Of a stretch of DNA of 64,000 nt, positions 31,246 through 40,934 are shown one piece after another. This stretch comes from a virus (Duplodnaviria; Caudoviricetes): the IMG/VR virus record IMGVR_UViG_3300013212_000088, positions 197,425 through 261,424 of that record. One strand, 5' to 3'. A program made the position numbers and the translations under genes. Within the stretch, counting starts at the first letter, position 1, and the number at the start of each line of letters is the position of its first letter. The notes under the pieces are model-generated. The model had not been told where the DNA came from and searched no databases. It worked only from the letters and a program-made list of their open reading frames with translations.

Positions 31246-32226
31246 ATGCCAATATTCTCTTCTAATTACATAAGTAATTGGTACAAAGTCCAAGACATAG
31301 ATAATAACAATATCTATGTCTTGGAGTCTATTAAGTCTTCAATCTCTACTAGTCAATCTAAAAAAGATTATATTCAAGGAGATGGAGGAACTCATGTCAT
31401 AGCTTCTCTACAAACTGTTTGGAGCACTGACATCTCTTCTCCAATTTTACTGATTACACAAGATGATAATCAGAAAGAAGAATTTAAAGACATTCTAGAT
31501 ATTTTTATTAAATCATACGATAAGTTAAAAAACTTTTATTTAAATGCTAGCGAAGCTACTATTGCTGATCCTAATAGCGAAATATTATTACAGCCAAAAG
31601 ATTTGCTCTCTAGTGCAATGCTAGATTTTACTGAACGAGGTAGCTCAGTTTCATTAACTTATAATTGTAAATATGATAAAAAGTTTGAAATAAACAAAAG
31701 TGATACTTTAAGCGAATCAATTTATAAAGACAACACAACTGGATTATATGGAGTTCAAAGGCTTAAACAATCACTTGACGAAAATAGTTTTATTGCAAGA
31801 ACGGTAAGGAATTATGATGTTAGCTTATTTGTTCATGAAAATGGCGAAAAATACGCTGTTAAAAATGCAAAGCTAAAATTTACTTTTGATTACAACGCAG
31901 TTAATTTTATTAATTCCAATACATCAATTCCATTTTTCGAGCCAAAAGGTTATTCAATTAGTGGTGAAGTAGAATTAATTATTCCACCTGATAAATTGGA
32001 CACATTTTTTTATCCTACAAAAAATGATGATACAAAACTTACTCCTGGTCAAAATTTTATGCAATTGGTAAGAGATAAAATTAATCTTTCAGTTGTTTTA
32101 TCAGATGGAAGAATTATAAAAGTAGGTCTGGCTAGTTTAAGTTCTCAAGTAAGTATTAGTATGAGAACAGAAACTGGTATAGCAACAGTTAATATGCAAT
32201 TTGAAACTTTTGCTAGTGTTATTTAG
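31246..32226 (+). CDS. beta-rich structural protein, tail tube-like candidate (paralog 1)
   Basis: aligns by eye with 32236-33150 (SNWY, IQGD.GTH, ART.R.YD, GYS..G). Confidence 0.55.
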   Translation: MPIFSSNYISNWYKVQDIDNNNIYVLESIKSSISTSQSKKDYIQGDGGTHVIASLQTVWSTDISSPILLITQDDNQKEEFKDILDIFIKSYDKLKNFYLNASEATIADPNSEILLQPKDLLSSAMLDFTERGSSVSLTYNCKYDKKFEINKSDTLSESIYKDNTTGLYGVQRLKQSLDENSFIARTVRNYDVSLFVHENGEKYAVKNAKLKFTFDYNAVNFINSNTSIPFFEPKGYSISGEVELIIPPDKLDTFFYPTKNDDTKLTPGQNFMQLVRDKINLSVVLSDGRIIKVGLASLSSQVSISMRTETGIATVNMQFETFASVI

Positions 32227-32235
32227 GAGATTCGC

Positions 32236-33150
32236 ATGCCACTATTAAACAGTGAATATTTATCAAACTGGTATACATTAAGCTTTGACGGTGTTGGTAT
32301 TGTTGGTACACGTATTTGTATTGCTGAATCTTTTACTCAAGCTAAAGTTCAAGAGGCGAGTAATAAGTCTGCTATTCAAGGTGACATTGGAACACATATA
32401 ATGGATATTGGAGGCAAATATTACACCTCCTCTGTTTCTGCTCCTGTTTTAATTGGATATACAGATGCAGATGTATTCGATGTATTTGACTTAATAGGAC
32501 ATTTCACTACATATCAATCTAACACTGTTCCAAATAATTTTTTTAATAATCCAGACGGAAACGCATATTTGTTAAAAAGTGCTACTATCGATATCAGTGC
32601 TGATGCAGTAAAAGCAACTGCTAATTTTGAAGGCGATAATAGAATTGATATTGCAACCTATGTAACCAACGCTCCAGATAATTTATATGCTCGTACTGCA
32701 AGATTTTATGACACAAAGTTTACTCTCGGACTTATTGGGACAACCCCTGAAACTTTTTCTTTCAACATTCTTTCTGGTAACATTAATATTAATTTTGATA
32801 TAGATAAAGTTTATATACTTAATTCTACTCAAGCACCAAGATTTGCCATTAGAGGGTATTCGGCTACTGGAAGCATTAAATTAGCTATTACACCAGAACT
32901 GTATGCAACTATTCTTGATGATCCTACTGTAATTACAGGCTCAGAACAAACTCCTGGATTTTTAAATACTACATTCTCTGGTGCTGAACTGTTAATAGCG
33001 CCATTTGTCAATGGCAGAAAACTTGTCCTCGGTGCTTATGCAGTTATAACTAAAATTGAATTCAATATGCAGCAAAATAGTATCATTACTGCTAATGTTG
33101 AATTTGCGGCTTACTTTAATAAGAGTTCAACAATCGTAACTAATATTTAA
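32236..33150 (+). CDS. beta-rich structural protein, tail tube-like candidate (paralog 2)
   Basis: paralog of the upstream gene; GGAG SD. Confidence 0.55.
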   Translation: MPLLNSEYLSNWYTLSFDGVGIVGTRICIAESFTQAKVQEASNKSAIQGDIGTHIMDIGGKYYTSSVSAPVLIGYTDADVFDVFDLIGHFTTYQSNTVPNNFFNNPDGNAYLLKSATIDISADAVKATANFEGDNRIDIATYVTNAPDNLYARTARFYDTKFTLGLIGTTPETFSFNILSGNININFDIDKVYILNSTQAPRFAIRGYSATGSIKLAITPELYATILDDPTVITGSEQTPGFLNTTFSGAELLIAPFVNGRKLVLGAYAVITKIEFNMQQNSIITANVEFAAYFNKSSTIVTNI

Positions 33151-33165
33151 ATGTACAAATAACGT

Positions 33166-33723
33166 ATGCAACCAGAGCATTTAACGTCTATTTATGCCTT
33201 CAACGAAGAGTCTAATAGTAGTAAACACTTAGAAGAATTACCTGATGACACTTTAATTTTGTCATTTAATATTCCAGGTCGTCCATCAACAAAGAAAACA
33301 TCACAAAGAGTAGTAAGACGAGGTGGTTTTACTAGGATTTTGCCATCTTTATTGTATGAAAAATACGAAAAGCATTGCAAATACTATTGTGAGTCTATTT
33401 GGAAAGATTTAGGCTATGAACCAATGGACTTTGGTGTTTCGATTAAATTAAAAGTATATTTAGATTCTTGGATTGTTGGTGATGAATGCGGATATCAACA
33501 AGCTAATGGAGATATTATTCAGTGTCATGGCATTATCAAAGATGACATGTGGATCCATTGGGTTGATAATGGAACTCATATGATTCATTACGATAAAGAA
33601 AATCCAAGAATTGAAGTTGAAATAAAAAGATTCAAACATCCTAAAGAAGCATACAGAAATGACAAAAATGAAAAGGAAGCAATAAAGGAAGCAAAGAAGA
33701 AAGCTAAAACAAAAAAGGAATAG
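33166..33723 (+). CDS. RusA-like Holliday junction resolvase
   Basis: IPGRP..KK, D...D...G...DD pattern, DKENPRIEV. Confidence 0.65.
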   Translation: MQPEHLTSIYAFNEESNSSKHLEELPDDTLILSFNIPGRPSTKKTSQRVVRRGGFTRILPSLLYEKYEKHCKYYCESIWKDLGYEPMDFGVSIKLKVYLDSWIVGDECGYQQANGDIIQCHGIIKDDMWIHWVDNGTHMIHYDKENPRIEVEIKRFKHPKEAYRNDKNEKEAIKEAKKKAKTKKE

Positions 33724-33726
33724 CTT

Positions 33727-34008
33727 ATGAGTAGGATTATTATTGTTGATTTCAGAGACGATGAAGACTTTGCAAATCATCCTTACATTTCATATTTAAA
33801 ACAAACATTAAATATGATTAATTTTATTGAACAAGTGCCTCAAATGTGGAAGCTCAATGATTTCTTTGTTGAATGTGTTTCTGATTATTTACAAATCAAA
33901 AGAGAAAAAGTTTCATTCACAAAACTATGGGATGTTTCTATAGATCTATCTTCAAATAGAGTAGGAATAATTACTGAAGAATCTTTTTATCCCATTATAA
34001 AACATTAA
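33727..34008 (+). CDS. hypothetical protein
   Basis: 93 aa ORF. Confidence 0.55.
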   Translation: MSRIIIVDFRDDEDFANHPYISYLKQTLNMINFIEQVPQMWKLNDFFVECVSDYLQIKREKVSFTKLWDVSIDLSSNRVGIITEESFYPIIKH

Positions 34009-34032
34009 AAGCAGGTCGAAAGACCTGCTTTT
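34007..34032. terminator. bidirectional terminator
   Basis: AAAAGCAGGTC-GAAA-GACCTGCTTTT. Confidence 0.85.
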
Positions 34033-34053
34033 AATTTGAAATGAAGCTTTATA

Positions 34054-34410
34054 TTATGCTTCGACTGTTTCACCAACTGCAACTGGCGCATTTGAGTTTG
34101 CGACAACGTAGTGTGGCTCTGTATCGGTAATAGTAAACTCACCGGATACGCCAAGTGGCTCAACTACTGACTTCATCTTATCCTGAAGAGCTTGTGTGTT
34201 CTCATTAATACCATCGTTGAGAAGATTCAATTGCTCTTGTGCTTGCTGAAGACGAGCAGCGTACTGCTGTGCAACATTTACAAACTCAAGGACATCAGCC
34301 TTCTGAGCCTTAAGCTCAAGGACTGCTTGTCGCATTGAAACCAACTCAAGATAATCCTCATGACTTACTGTCGGTTGCTCGTCAGCAACAACATCAACTA
34401 CATCTGACAT
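34054..34410 (-). CDS. hypothetical coiled-coil protein
   Basis: 118 aa, GAGG SD, higher-GC codons. Confidence 0.65.
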   Translation of the reverse strand: MSDVVDVVADEQPTVSHEDYLELVSMRQAVLELKAQKADVLEFVNVAQQYAARLQQAQEQLNLLNDGINENTQALQDKMKSVVEPLGVSGEFTITDTEPHYVVANSNAPVAVGETVEA

Positions 34411-34532
34411 AGTGTTATGTAACCTCTTTTTTGATTGGATGTTTAAACATCTGCAAATATTATAGACTCAAAAATTGTTTTGTCAAGGTATTGCATCGTG
34501 TTTGTATATGGTAAACTTATACAGAGGTTATC

Positions 34533-35216
34533 ATGAAGACAATTAATATTAGTCCATCTGATTTTGCATTTTTATATACAGAATCTAAATGGGGATTTTA
34601 TCAGAAATATAGGCAAGGTGTTAAGCGCCCTCCTTTTTCAATGCCAAAGATTTTTACAGTCATTGACAATTTGATTAAAAAGAATTATGAAAATGTAGAT
34701 ATTTCTACTATTGATAAGAACTTACCATCTGGTGTGATCTCTCATTCAGATTCATGGATTAAATGCAAGCCTATTCGTAATCCTGATTTTTCTGATATTG
34801 AAGTTTCTACTATTGGTAAGATAGATTCAATTTTAAAAACTGAAACTGGATATGCTGTCATTGACTTCAAGACTTGTGACATTGGAGAGTACTTGATCAA
34901 AAAGTATGAGCTTCAATTAAATGCATATGCTTATTCGATTTTAAATGCTAAGTCTGATGGCCTTTCTTTAAGTGAAATTAATCGTACTGGCTTGATTGTA
35001 TTTGAGCCTAATGAGTTTTTAGTCAATCAAGGTAGTACTGCATCTTTAAATGGAGTATTTAAATGGGTTGAGATTAATTTTGATCCAATTCAATTTGAAA
35101 ACTTTATCAAATATGAAGTAATTCCTCTACTAGCTGGCCCCGAACCAATTCCTGAAGAAACAGACCCTTGTTGGGTTTATTTAAAGCAATTAGGGATTGA
35201 ATATATTCCAGAGTAA
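34533..35216 (+). CDS. PD-(D/E)xK RecB-like nuclease
   Basis: GKID...VIDFKT...QLNAYA. Confidence 0.8.
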   Translation: MKTINISPSDFAFLYTESKWGFYQKYRQGVKRPPFSMPKIFTVIDNLIKKNYENVDISTIDKNLPSGVISHSDSWIKCKPIRNPDFSDIEVSTIGKIDSILKTETGYAVIDFKTCDIGEYLIKKYELQLNAYAYSILNAKSDGLSLSEINRTGLIVFEPNEFLVNQGSTASLNGVFKWVEINFDPIQFENFIKYEVIPLLAGPEPIPEETDPCWVYLKQLGIEYIPE

Positions 35217-35243
35217 GAAAAGGCCAGGAAACTGGCCTTTTTT
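35217..35243 (+). terminator. intrinsic terminator
   Basis: AAAAGGCCAG-GAAA-CTGGCCTTTT plus T-run. Confidence 0.8.
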
Positions 35244-35305
35244 ATAGGTATTAGCTTCTTTATAATTGAAAGTAAAGTTATATATTTTTATATAAGGACT
35301 AGATA

Positions 35306-36256
35306 ATGCTAAAGCCAGTTTATGACATGGTAGATACGATGCTTGATAAAACAGAAAAGAAATCTTATTGGATGATTGATGGCAAGCTTATCAAAACTGC
35401 GCTACATGTTAAAATTCATCAAGCAAAATCCGCAGATAGATTTGGGAACTTTCGTTTAGCAGACAATTTAGATAAATCTATTCGCTTTGCATATCAAGAG
35501 GATAAAGAAGAAGAAGAGAATTGGCATGCACAGTCTGGTGAATATTGGATTGACGATTATGGCAATGCTCAATATGCTGATGGTGATGTTGGTGATGTTG
35601 GCCACGAAGAATTAGCTGAACAAGAAATATTAGGTAGATTAGGCTTTGACCCTTATGACTTACAAGGTGATACTGATCTTACTCATAATTCATATACTGC
35701 AGGTCATTTGCTCGATTCATTATATGACGATCCTATTCTTGAAGACTATTATAAATATTTGATTGATAATGGTTTAACAAAAGAAGATTATGATATAGAA
35801 TCTTATCTTCGCTATCTTAGACATAGAAATAGACCACAAGAAAATCATGAAGAATATAACAAACAAACTGAATCATTAATTGCAGGACTCAAAGATCCAA
35901 GAAACCATGCAATATTTAATTTTGGTTGGATTAGAGTTGTAAAAAGAGGCTCCACAGTTGATTTGGAACTTGAAAAACTTAATCAAAAAACCTTAAAAAA
36001 TATCTCCAGTGCAATAGGTGAGATTACTAGTTATCAAGAGAATCCTGATAGACTAAAGTTCAATATAGAAGTATTTAGCCCTCGTCATATTTCTCTGAAT
36101 GATATAACACTAAAAGATATAGAAAATGGATCAGTGCAATCAAAATATCTCCAAGGAATAAGAGAGATGTTGCCTCCTCAAGTAGCAGAAGAATATTATA
36201 AAAACTTCTTTGGTGCTGTAGGCCATCCATATTATAAAGGGCGTGTAGGTGATTAA
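35306..36256 (+). CDS. hypothetical protein with shared leader module
   Basis: QAKSADRFGNFRLADNLDKSIRFAY at about residues 39-63. Confidence 0.65.
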   Translation: MLKPVYDMVDTMLDKTEKKSYWMIDGKLIKTALHVKIHQAKSADRFGNFRLADNLDKSIRFAYQEDKEEEENWHAQSGEYWIDDYGNAQYADGDVGDVGHEELAEQEILGRLGFDPYDLQGDTDLTHNSYTAGHLLDSLYDDPILEDYYKYLIDNGLTKEDYDIESYLRYLRHRNRPQENHEEYNKQTESLIAGLKDPRNHAIFNFGWIRVVKRGSTVDLELEKLNQKTLKNISSAIGEITSYQENPDRLKFNIEVFSPRHISLNDITLKDIENGSVQSKYLQGIREMLPPQVAEEYYKNFFGAVGHPYYKGRVGD

Positions 36257-36900
36257 TGAATGCCTTTATTGGGGCTATTCTTGGTAACATTTTTTTAAAT
36301 GATAGCTTAAATAGATTTGATATAGCTCAAGAGTATGAAAATAACTATCTTGAGTTTTCAATTAATAAATCCATTGAATACTTAAGCTATAAAATAATGC
36401 AAGATGAATACATTAATCAATCAAAATTAGAAAATATTACTTTAGAAAAGTTTTTAACAGATATTGATATTAATAGATACTTAACTACAGCTCTTGAAGA
36501 ATCATTCCTAATTAAAAATAAATATAGTAAGCTATTGCCAGATAATAAAAGATTTGTAGGTTTTTTATTTTCTGATGGAACAACTTCTCCAATACTTTGT
36601 AGACACTATAAGTTTGAAAGACATGTAGTAACTAAACTTGGATATAACCCCAATTTTATTACTTATAATGTTAATTTGTTGCCCATGTTAACTGGAGCAA
36701 TAAAAGTATGTCATGAAGATATTACAATTTTTACTAAACCAACTATTCAACAAATTAAGTGGTTGATTAAATATAACGCTAAGAAATATCATGTAAATAA
36801 TCAACTATTTATAGATATTTGCAGCGTAGAATTAAATACAGAAATTAAAAAACTCCCTTACTCACCAATTAAGTTTTCTTTACATAGACAAGCATATTAA
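36256..36900 (+). CDS. hypothetical protein
   Basis: 214 aa, TAATG coupling. Confidence 0.55.
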   Translation: MNAFIGAILGNIFLNDSLNRFDIAQEYENNYLEFSINKSIEYLSYKIMQDEYINQSKLENITLEKFLTDIDINRYLTTALEESFLIKNKYSKLLPDNKRFVGFLFSDGTTSPILCRHYKFERHVVTKLGYNPNFITYNVNLLPMLTGAIKVCHEDITIFTKPTIQQIKWLIKYNAKKYHVNNQLFIDICSVELNTEIKKLPYSPIKFSLHRQAY

Positions 36901-36919
36901 TATTCGTTATAATATTGTT

Positions 36920-37693
36920 ATGTTTAATTTTGACAATATTGAGCAAAACAAATCTCTGTGGCAAAACGGCAAGCCTTTTCATCATCTTGTAATAGATAAT
37001 TTTATGCCAGAAGATATTGCTGAAGAAGTGGCAAAACAATTTCCTGAAGCAGATAGTGATTTTTGGTACGAATACTCAAATCCACTAGAAATTAAAAAAG
37101 CTTGTTCAAATTGGAATGAATTTCCCTCAGATATTTACAAAGTTTTTATTGAATTATTTTCTCAAAAAGTAGTAGATTATTTAAGCTCTCTTACTGATAA
37201 AAAGTTAATTGGAGATATTGGTTTAAATGGTGGTGGATTACATTGCCATAAACCTGGTGGAAAATTAAATACTCACTTAGATTACAACCTACATCCTAAA
37301 CTTAATATGCAACGAAAATTAAATATTATAATTTATGTTGCTAAATATTGGAAAGATGAATTTGGTGGAGATTTAGGTCTTTGGGAACATGATAATTCAA
37401 CAAATCAGCCTGGAAAACTAGTAACAAGCATCCCATGTAAGTTTAATAGAGCAGTAATTTTTGATACAACTATGAACTCTTGGCATGGTTTACCTGATCC
37501 TGTTACATGTCCAGAGGGTATGTCAAGAAATTCACTGGCTGCATATTATTTATGTGAAGCACCAGAAGCAACTGAAAACAGAGGCAAAGCTCTATACGCT
37601 CCTACAGAAAATCAAAAGGGTGATGTAGCTATAGCAGAGTTGATTAAGAAACGTGCAAGTTTGACACACGCAAAAGAGGTTTATAAAAAATGA
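36920..37693 (+). CDS. 2OG-Fe(II) oxygenase (prolyl hydroxylase-like)
   Basis: HxD (HLD), distal His in SWHG, RNS 2OG-binding motif. Confidence 0.88.
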   Translation: MFNFDNIEQNKSLWQNGKPFHHLVIDNFMPEDIAEEVAKQFPEADSDFWYEYSNPLEIKKACSNWNEFPSDIYKVFIELFSQKVVDYLSSLTDKKLIGDIGLNGGGLHCHKPGGKLNTHLDYNLHPKLNMQRKLNIIIYVAKYWKDEFGGDLGLWEHDNSTNQPGKLVTSIPCKFNRAVIFDTTMNSWHGLPDPVTCPEGMSRNSLAAYYLCEAPEATENRGKALYAPTENQKGDVAIAELIKKRASLTHAKEVYKK

Positions 37694-38391
37694 GAGAACT
37701 AGACGTAATTATGACCGGTTTTACTGGTGATGATGAAATTAGAGAGATGACAGAAAACTCTTTGAAGTCACTTAGAGATAGTGAAGGTGGAGAAGATTTT
37801 AATATTATTTTTCTAGAATCTAATCCTGAAGCTGTTCCATATGATTCTGTTGATGTTTATGTAAAGCCAGGATTTCAATATCACTGCAATAAGTATTACA
37901 ATATTGGTGTTTCTCATGCAATTTCAGAATATACTGCTATTGTAAATAATGACACCTATTTTGACCCTAAATGGTGGACTAAAATGAAAGCAGTTATGAT
38001 TGAACATAATTTAGATTCTGCTTCACCAAGATCTATGATTCAACAAACTGGCCTTAATCCATCTGTAGAAATGAAACATAGATACACTCCAGTTACTAAG
38101 GTTGTGGAAGGTTATTCAGTTGCTTATACTTTCTGTGGATGGTGCTGGGTAATTAAAAAGGATGTTAGAGATTGGCTTTTTCCAGTTGATGAACAATTCT
38201 CATTCTTTTTCAATGATAATGATGTAGCAAAAATCCTAGAGTCTAAGGGATGCCGTCATGCTCTTGTAGCTAGTTCTATTGTTAATCACTTTGGACAAAA
38301 GTCTCACAAAGTATTAGCAGCTACAGGCGAATACCACAAACATACATTTGGTTTGGAAAAAAACTTCTTAGCCAAATGGGGAAAATATTAA
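37690..38391 (+). CDS. glycosyltransferase family 2
   Basis: YNIG...AIVNND, F.GWCW, FND.D, HFG. Confidence 0.75.
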   Translation: MRELDVIMTGFTGDDEIREMTENSLKSLRDSEGGEDFNIIFLESNPEAVPYDSVDVYVKPGFQYHCNKYYNIGVSHAISEYTAIVNNDTYFDPKWWTKMKAVMIEHNLDSASPRSMIQQTGLNPSVEMKHRYTPVTKVVEGYSVAYTFCGWCWVIKKDVRDWLFPVDEQFSFFFNDNDVAKILESKGCRHALVASSIVNHFGQKSHKVLAATGEYHKHTFGLEKNFLAKWGKY

Positions 38392-38414
38392 ACCCTCTTA
38401 ATTGAGGGTTTTTT
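38390..38414 (+). terminator. intrinsic terminator
   Basis: AAACCCTC-TTAATT-GAGGGTTT plus T-run. Confidence 0.7.
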
Positions 38415-38417
38415 ACT

Positions 38418-39353
38418 ATGAATATTTTATATGTTTCTAGAAAAGACGAAAATGGTTTTATCCATATAGACTACCTTGATGAATGTTTACTTACAGGACT
38501 CAAGGAATTATATGGAAACCAAGTTGTCGATATTAATAAAAAACTTTCTCTCTACACAGACTATCCTGATGAATTAAAGCACAGGGTTTATGGTAGAGGA
38601 TATACAATTACTCAAAATATCGAACCACATGAATGCGATAGAGATGATATAGAAAACAAAATTAAAAATAATTTCTATGACTATGTAGTGTATGCAAAAA
38701 TAGAAAATTGTCAAGATTATTTTGATCTTGTCAATGAATGTTATCCCAAAAATAGAATAGCATTGTTAGATGGTGGAGATTGGATGAACATACATCCTTC
38801 TATTACTCACAATACAATGTTTTTTAAAAGAGAATGTTTTTTAGGTTTATCAAATGTCAAATATTCAAGATACTTTAGTAATATTAAGCCGATATCTTTC
38901 GCATACCCAACAAAAAGAATATCGAGAAATACAAATAAAAGTAAATTACTATCAATTATTAACCCTTTAGACAGATCAACTTATTTTGAAAAAGATAATC
39001 CATCAGAATATATCTTTAAATCAGAAGAAGAATACTATAATGAGTACAAAACTTCTTCTTTTGCAATTACATGTCATAAAGCAGGCTGGGATTGCTTAAG
39101 ACACTATGAAATAATGGGAAATGGTTGCATCCCATTATTTCATAGAATAGAATCAGCTCCTCCTGGAACTATAAGTAGTTTACCAAGAAGATTATTGTTG
39201 CAAATAAAAACTCTTTGGGAAAGTAATCAAGAATATTTGATTAATAATTATGAAGAATATTCAGAAAGATTATTTGAACATTTTATTCAACACAACACAA
39301 CAATTAAATTAGCAGAATATTTCATTAAAGAAATGGAAGAAGCACAAAAATAA
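38418..39353 (+). CDS. glycosyltransferase-like (exostosin/GT47-like C-terminus), paralog A
   Basis: KAGWDCLRHYEIMGNGCIP. Confidence 0.6.
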   Translation: MNILYVSRKDENGFIHIDYLDECLLTGLKELYGNQVVDINKKLSLYTDYPDELKHRVYGRGYTITQNIEPHECDRDDIENKIKNNFYDYVVYAKIENCQDYFDLVNECYPKNRIALLDGGDWMNIHPSITHNTMFFKRECFLGLSNVKYSRYFSNIKPISFAYPTKRISRNTNKSKLLSIINPLDRSTYFEKDNPSEYIFKSEEEYYNEYKTSSFAITCHKAGWDCLRHYEIMGNGCIPLFHRIESAPPGTISSLPRRLLLQIKTLWESNQEYLINNYEEYSERLFEHFIQHNTTIKLAEYFIKEMEEAQK

Positions 39354-39374
39354 ACCCTCCGAAAGGAGGGTTTA
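39351..39374. terminator. bidirectional terminator
   Basis: AAACCCTCC-GAAA-GGAGGGTTT. Confidence 0.8.
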
Positions 39375-39377
39375 TTT

Positions 39378-40283
39378 TTACTTGTAAAGTTCGAGCTTAC
39401 TAACAAATCTTTTTGCTACAGCTTCAGTAGTACAGAATTTTACTACATACTTTTGCAATTCTTCAAGGTAGTAATTGTATTCACGCATTAACCACTTCTG
39501 ATCAGTTACATGCCAGAACATAATCTTTGTCAATAGAGCCTTTGGAACATGCATCATAACATGTCTAGGACATTCATGAATATTTTCGAACAATGGCATA
39601 CAACCATTACCCATAATTTCATAATGTCTTAAACAATCCCATCCAGCCTTAGCCTTAGTGATTCCAAATTGAGACTTTTGATAATCTGCATAATAATCTT
39701 TCTCATTATCAAAAACATATGTTTTAGGATTACCAGGAATTGATTGGGACATAAATTGGGTTTTCTTTTCACCAAAATTAAGTTTCTTTGTAGGAAAAGC
39801 AAAACCAACTGCAATTACATTCCCAAAATACTGTTCAAATTCCATGTTGTTCTCATACATTAACTCTCTCTTGAAATATAATGTGCCATGCTTAACTACA
39901 TGATTGAACTTAGTCTGATCGTCTCCATCAACAAAAGCAATCTTGTTCTTGTCATAATTATCTAAAACAAGTTTCAAATAATCAGTGTTTCGCCATACTG
40001 ATCCATAAATTACATAATCAAAATACTTGCTCTTGATCTTGTTTTCAATGTCTGTTCTGTCAGCATTGTCTTCTTCAATACAACGAGTAACGGTAAAACC
40101 CTTACCATAATTATTCGGAACAAGCTCTTCAGGATAATCTGTATATAAGTGCTTTCTGCGATTGACATCAACTACGTCACCACCATAAAGTTCTTTTAAA
40201 CCAATTAAAAGACAATCATTCTGGTAGTCAACAAGTGGATGCGCTGGTGTTTCTACATCTGTTCCGATATAAAGAATTTTCAT
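39378..40283 (-). CDS. glycosyltransferase-like, paralog B
   Basis: KAGWDCLRHYEIMGNGCMP; similar to 38418-39353 along its length. Confidence 0.6.
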   Translation of the reverse strand: MKILYIGTDVETPAHPLVDYQNDCLLIGLKELYGGDVVDVNRRKHLYTDYPEELVPNNYGKGFTVTRCIEEDNADRTDIENKIKSKYFDYVIYGSVWRNTDYLKLVLDNYDKNKIAFVDGDDQTKFNHVVKHGTLYFKRELMYENNMEFEQYFGNVIAVGFAFPTKKLNFGEKKTQFMSQSIPGNPKTYVFDNEKDYYADYQKSQFGITKAKAGWDCLRHYEIMGNGCMPLFENIHECPRHVMMHVPKALLTKIMFWHVTDQKWLMREYNYYLEELQKYVVKFCTTEAVAKRFVSKLELYK

Positions 40284-40314
40284 ATAAATCTTCCTCTAAT
40301 ATATTATAAAACAA

Positions 40315-40878
40315 TTACTCAATTTCAGCAATACCCCATTTTAAATCCACTTCATAAGATTGGCAATGTAAGGCTATTTCTTTTAAAATACGAAGTTGGG
40401 CTAAAAGATTTCGATTATCATCTTCTTGCAATTTAATTTTTTCTGTAATAAATTCTAATTGCTGCAAAAAAACAAATGGGAAAATAGAACCTGACTTTTT
40501 AAGATCTAATAATAAAAGTAATCCAATTATTTCATCTTGTGGCACTTCTAAAGAAAAATAACTGGTTTCTACATCACAGGCAAAAAGTTGAATGCAGGCA
40601 ACTATAAAATCACCATCTTCAAGTAAATATTCCATTACAAAATCGTGATCATAATTTTTCACTACTTTGTAATTGTGAACATTAAATTTCTCTTCCCATT
40701 GATGCAAAGTAAATCGATAATCATGACCACAAGCTTCTTTAAGATTTTTTAAATCTCTTTTGTGATTAACATCTATATCGTCAATTTGCCCCACCCAAAG
40801 AATATGTTCCTTAGGTGTTTTGTTTTTTATAGCAGGTTCGAATTTGAGGACTCTGTATCCCATAAACGTATTGTACAA
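40315..40878 (-). CDS. hypothetical protein
   Basis: 187 aa ORF. Confidence 0.55.
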   Translation of the reverse strand: MYNTFMGYRVLKFEPAIKNKTPKEHILWVGQIDDIDVNHKRDLKNLKEACGHDYRFTLHQWEEKFNVHNYKVVKNYDHDFVMEYLLEDGDFIVACIQLFACDVETSYFSLEVPQDEIIGLLLLLDLKKSGSIFPFVFLQQLEFITEKIKLQEDDNRNLLAQLRILKEIALHCQSYEVDLKWGIAEIE

Positions 40879-40934
40879 AGGAGAATTACGTTTATAAGAG
40901 AATTGTAAAGTAATGTCTTTTTAAGGTAACAAAG

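Noticed and set aside
34533-35216. Cas4 call for the RecB-like nuclease
   Set aside because: The four-Cys Fe-S cluster pattern is missing; kept as generic PD-(D/E)xK.
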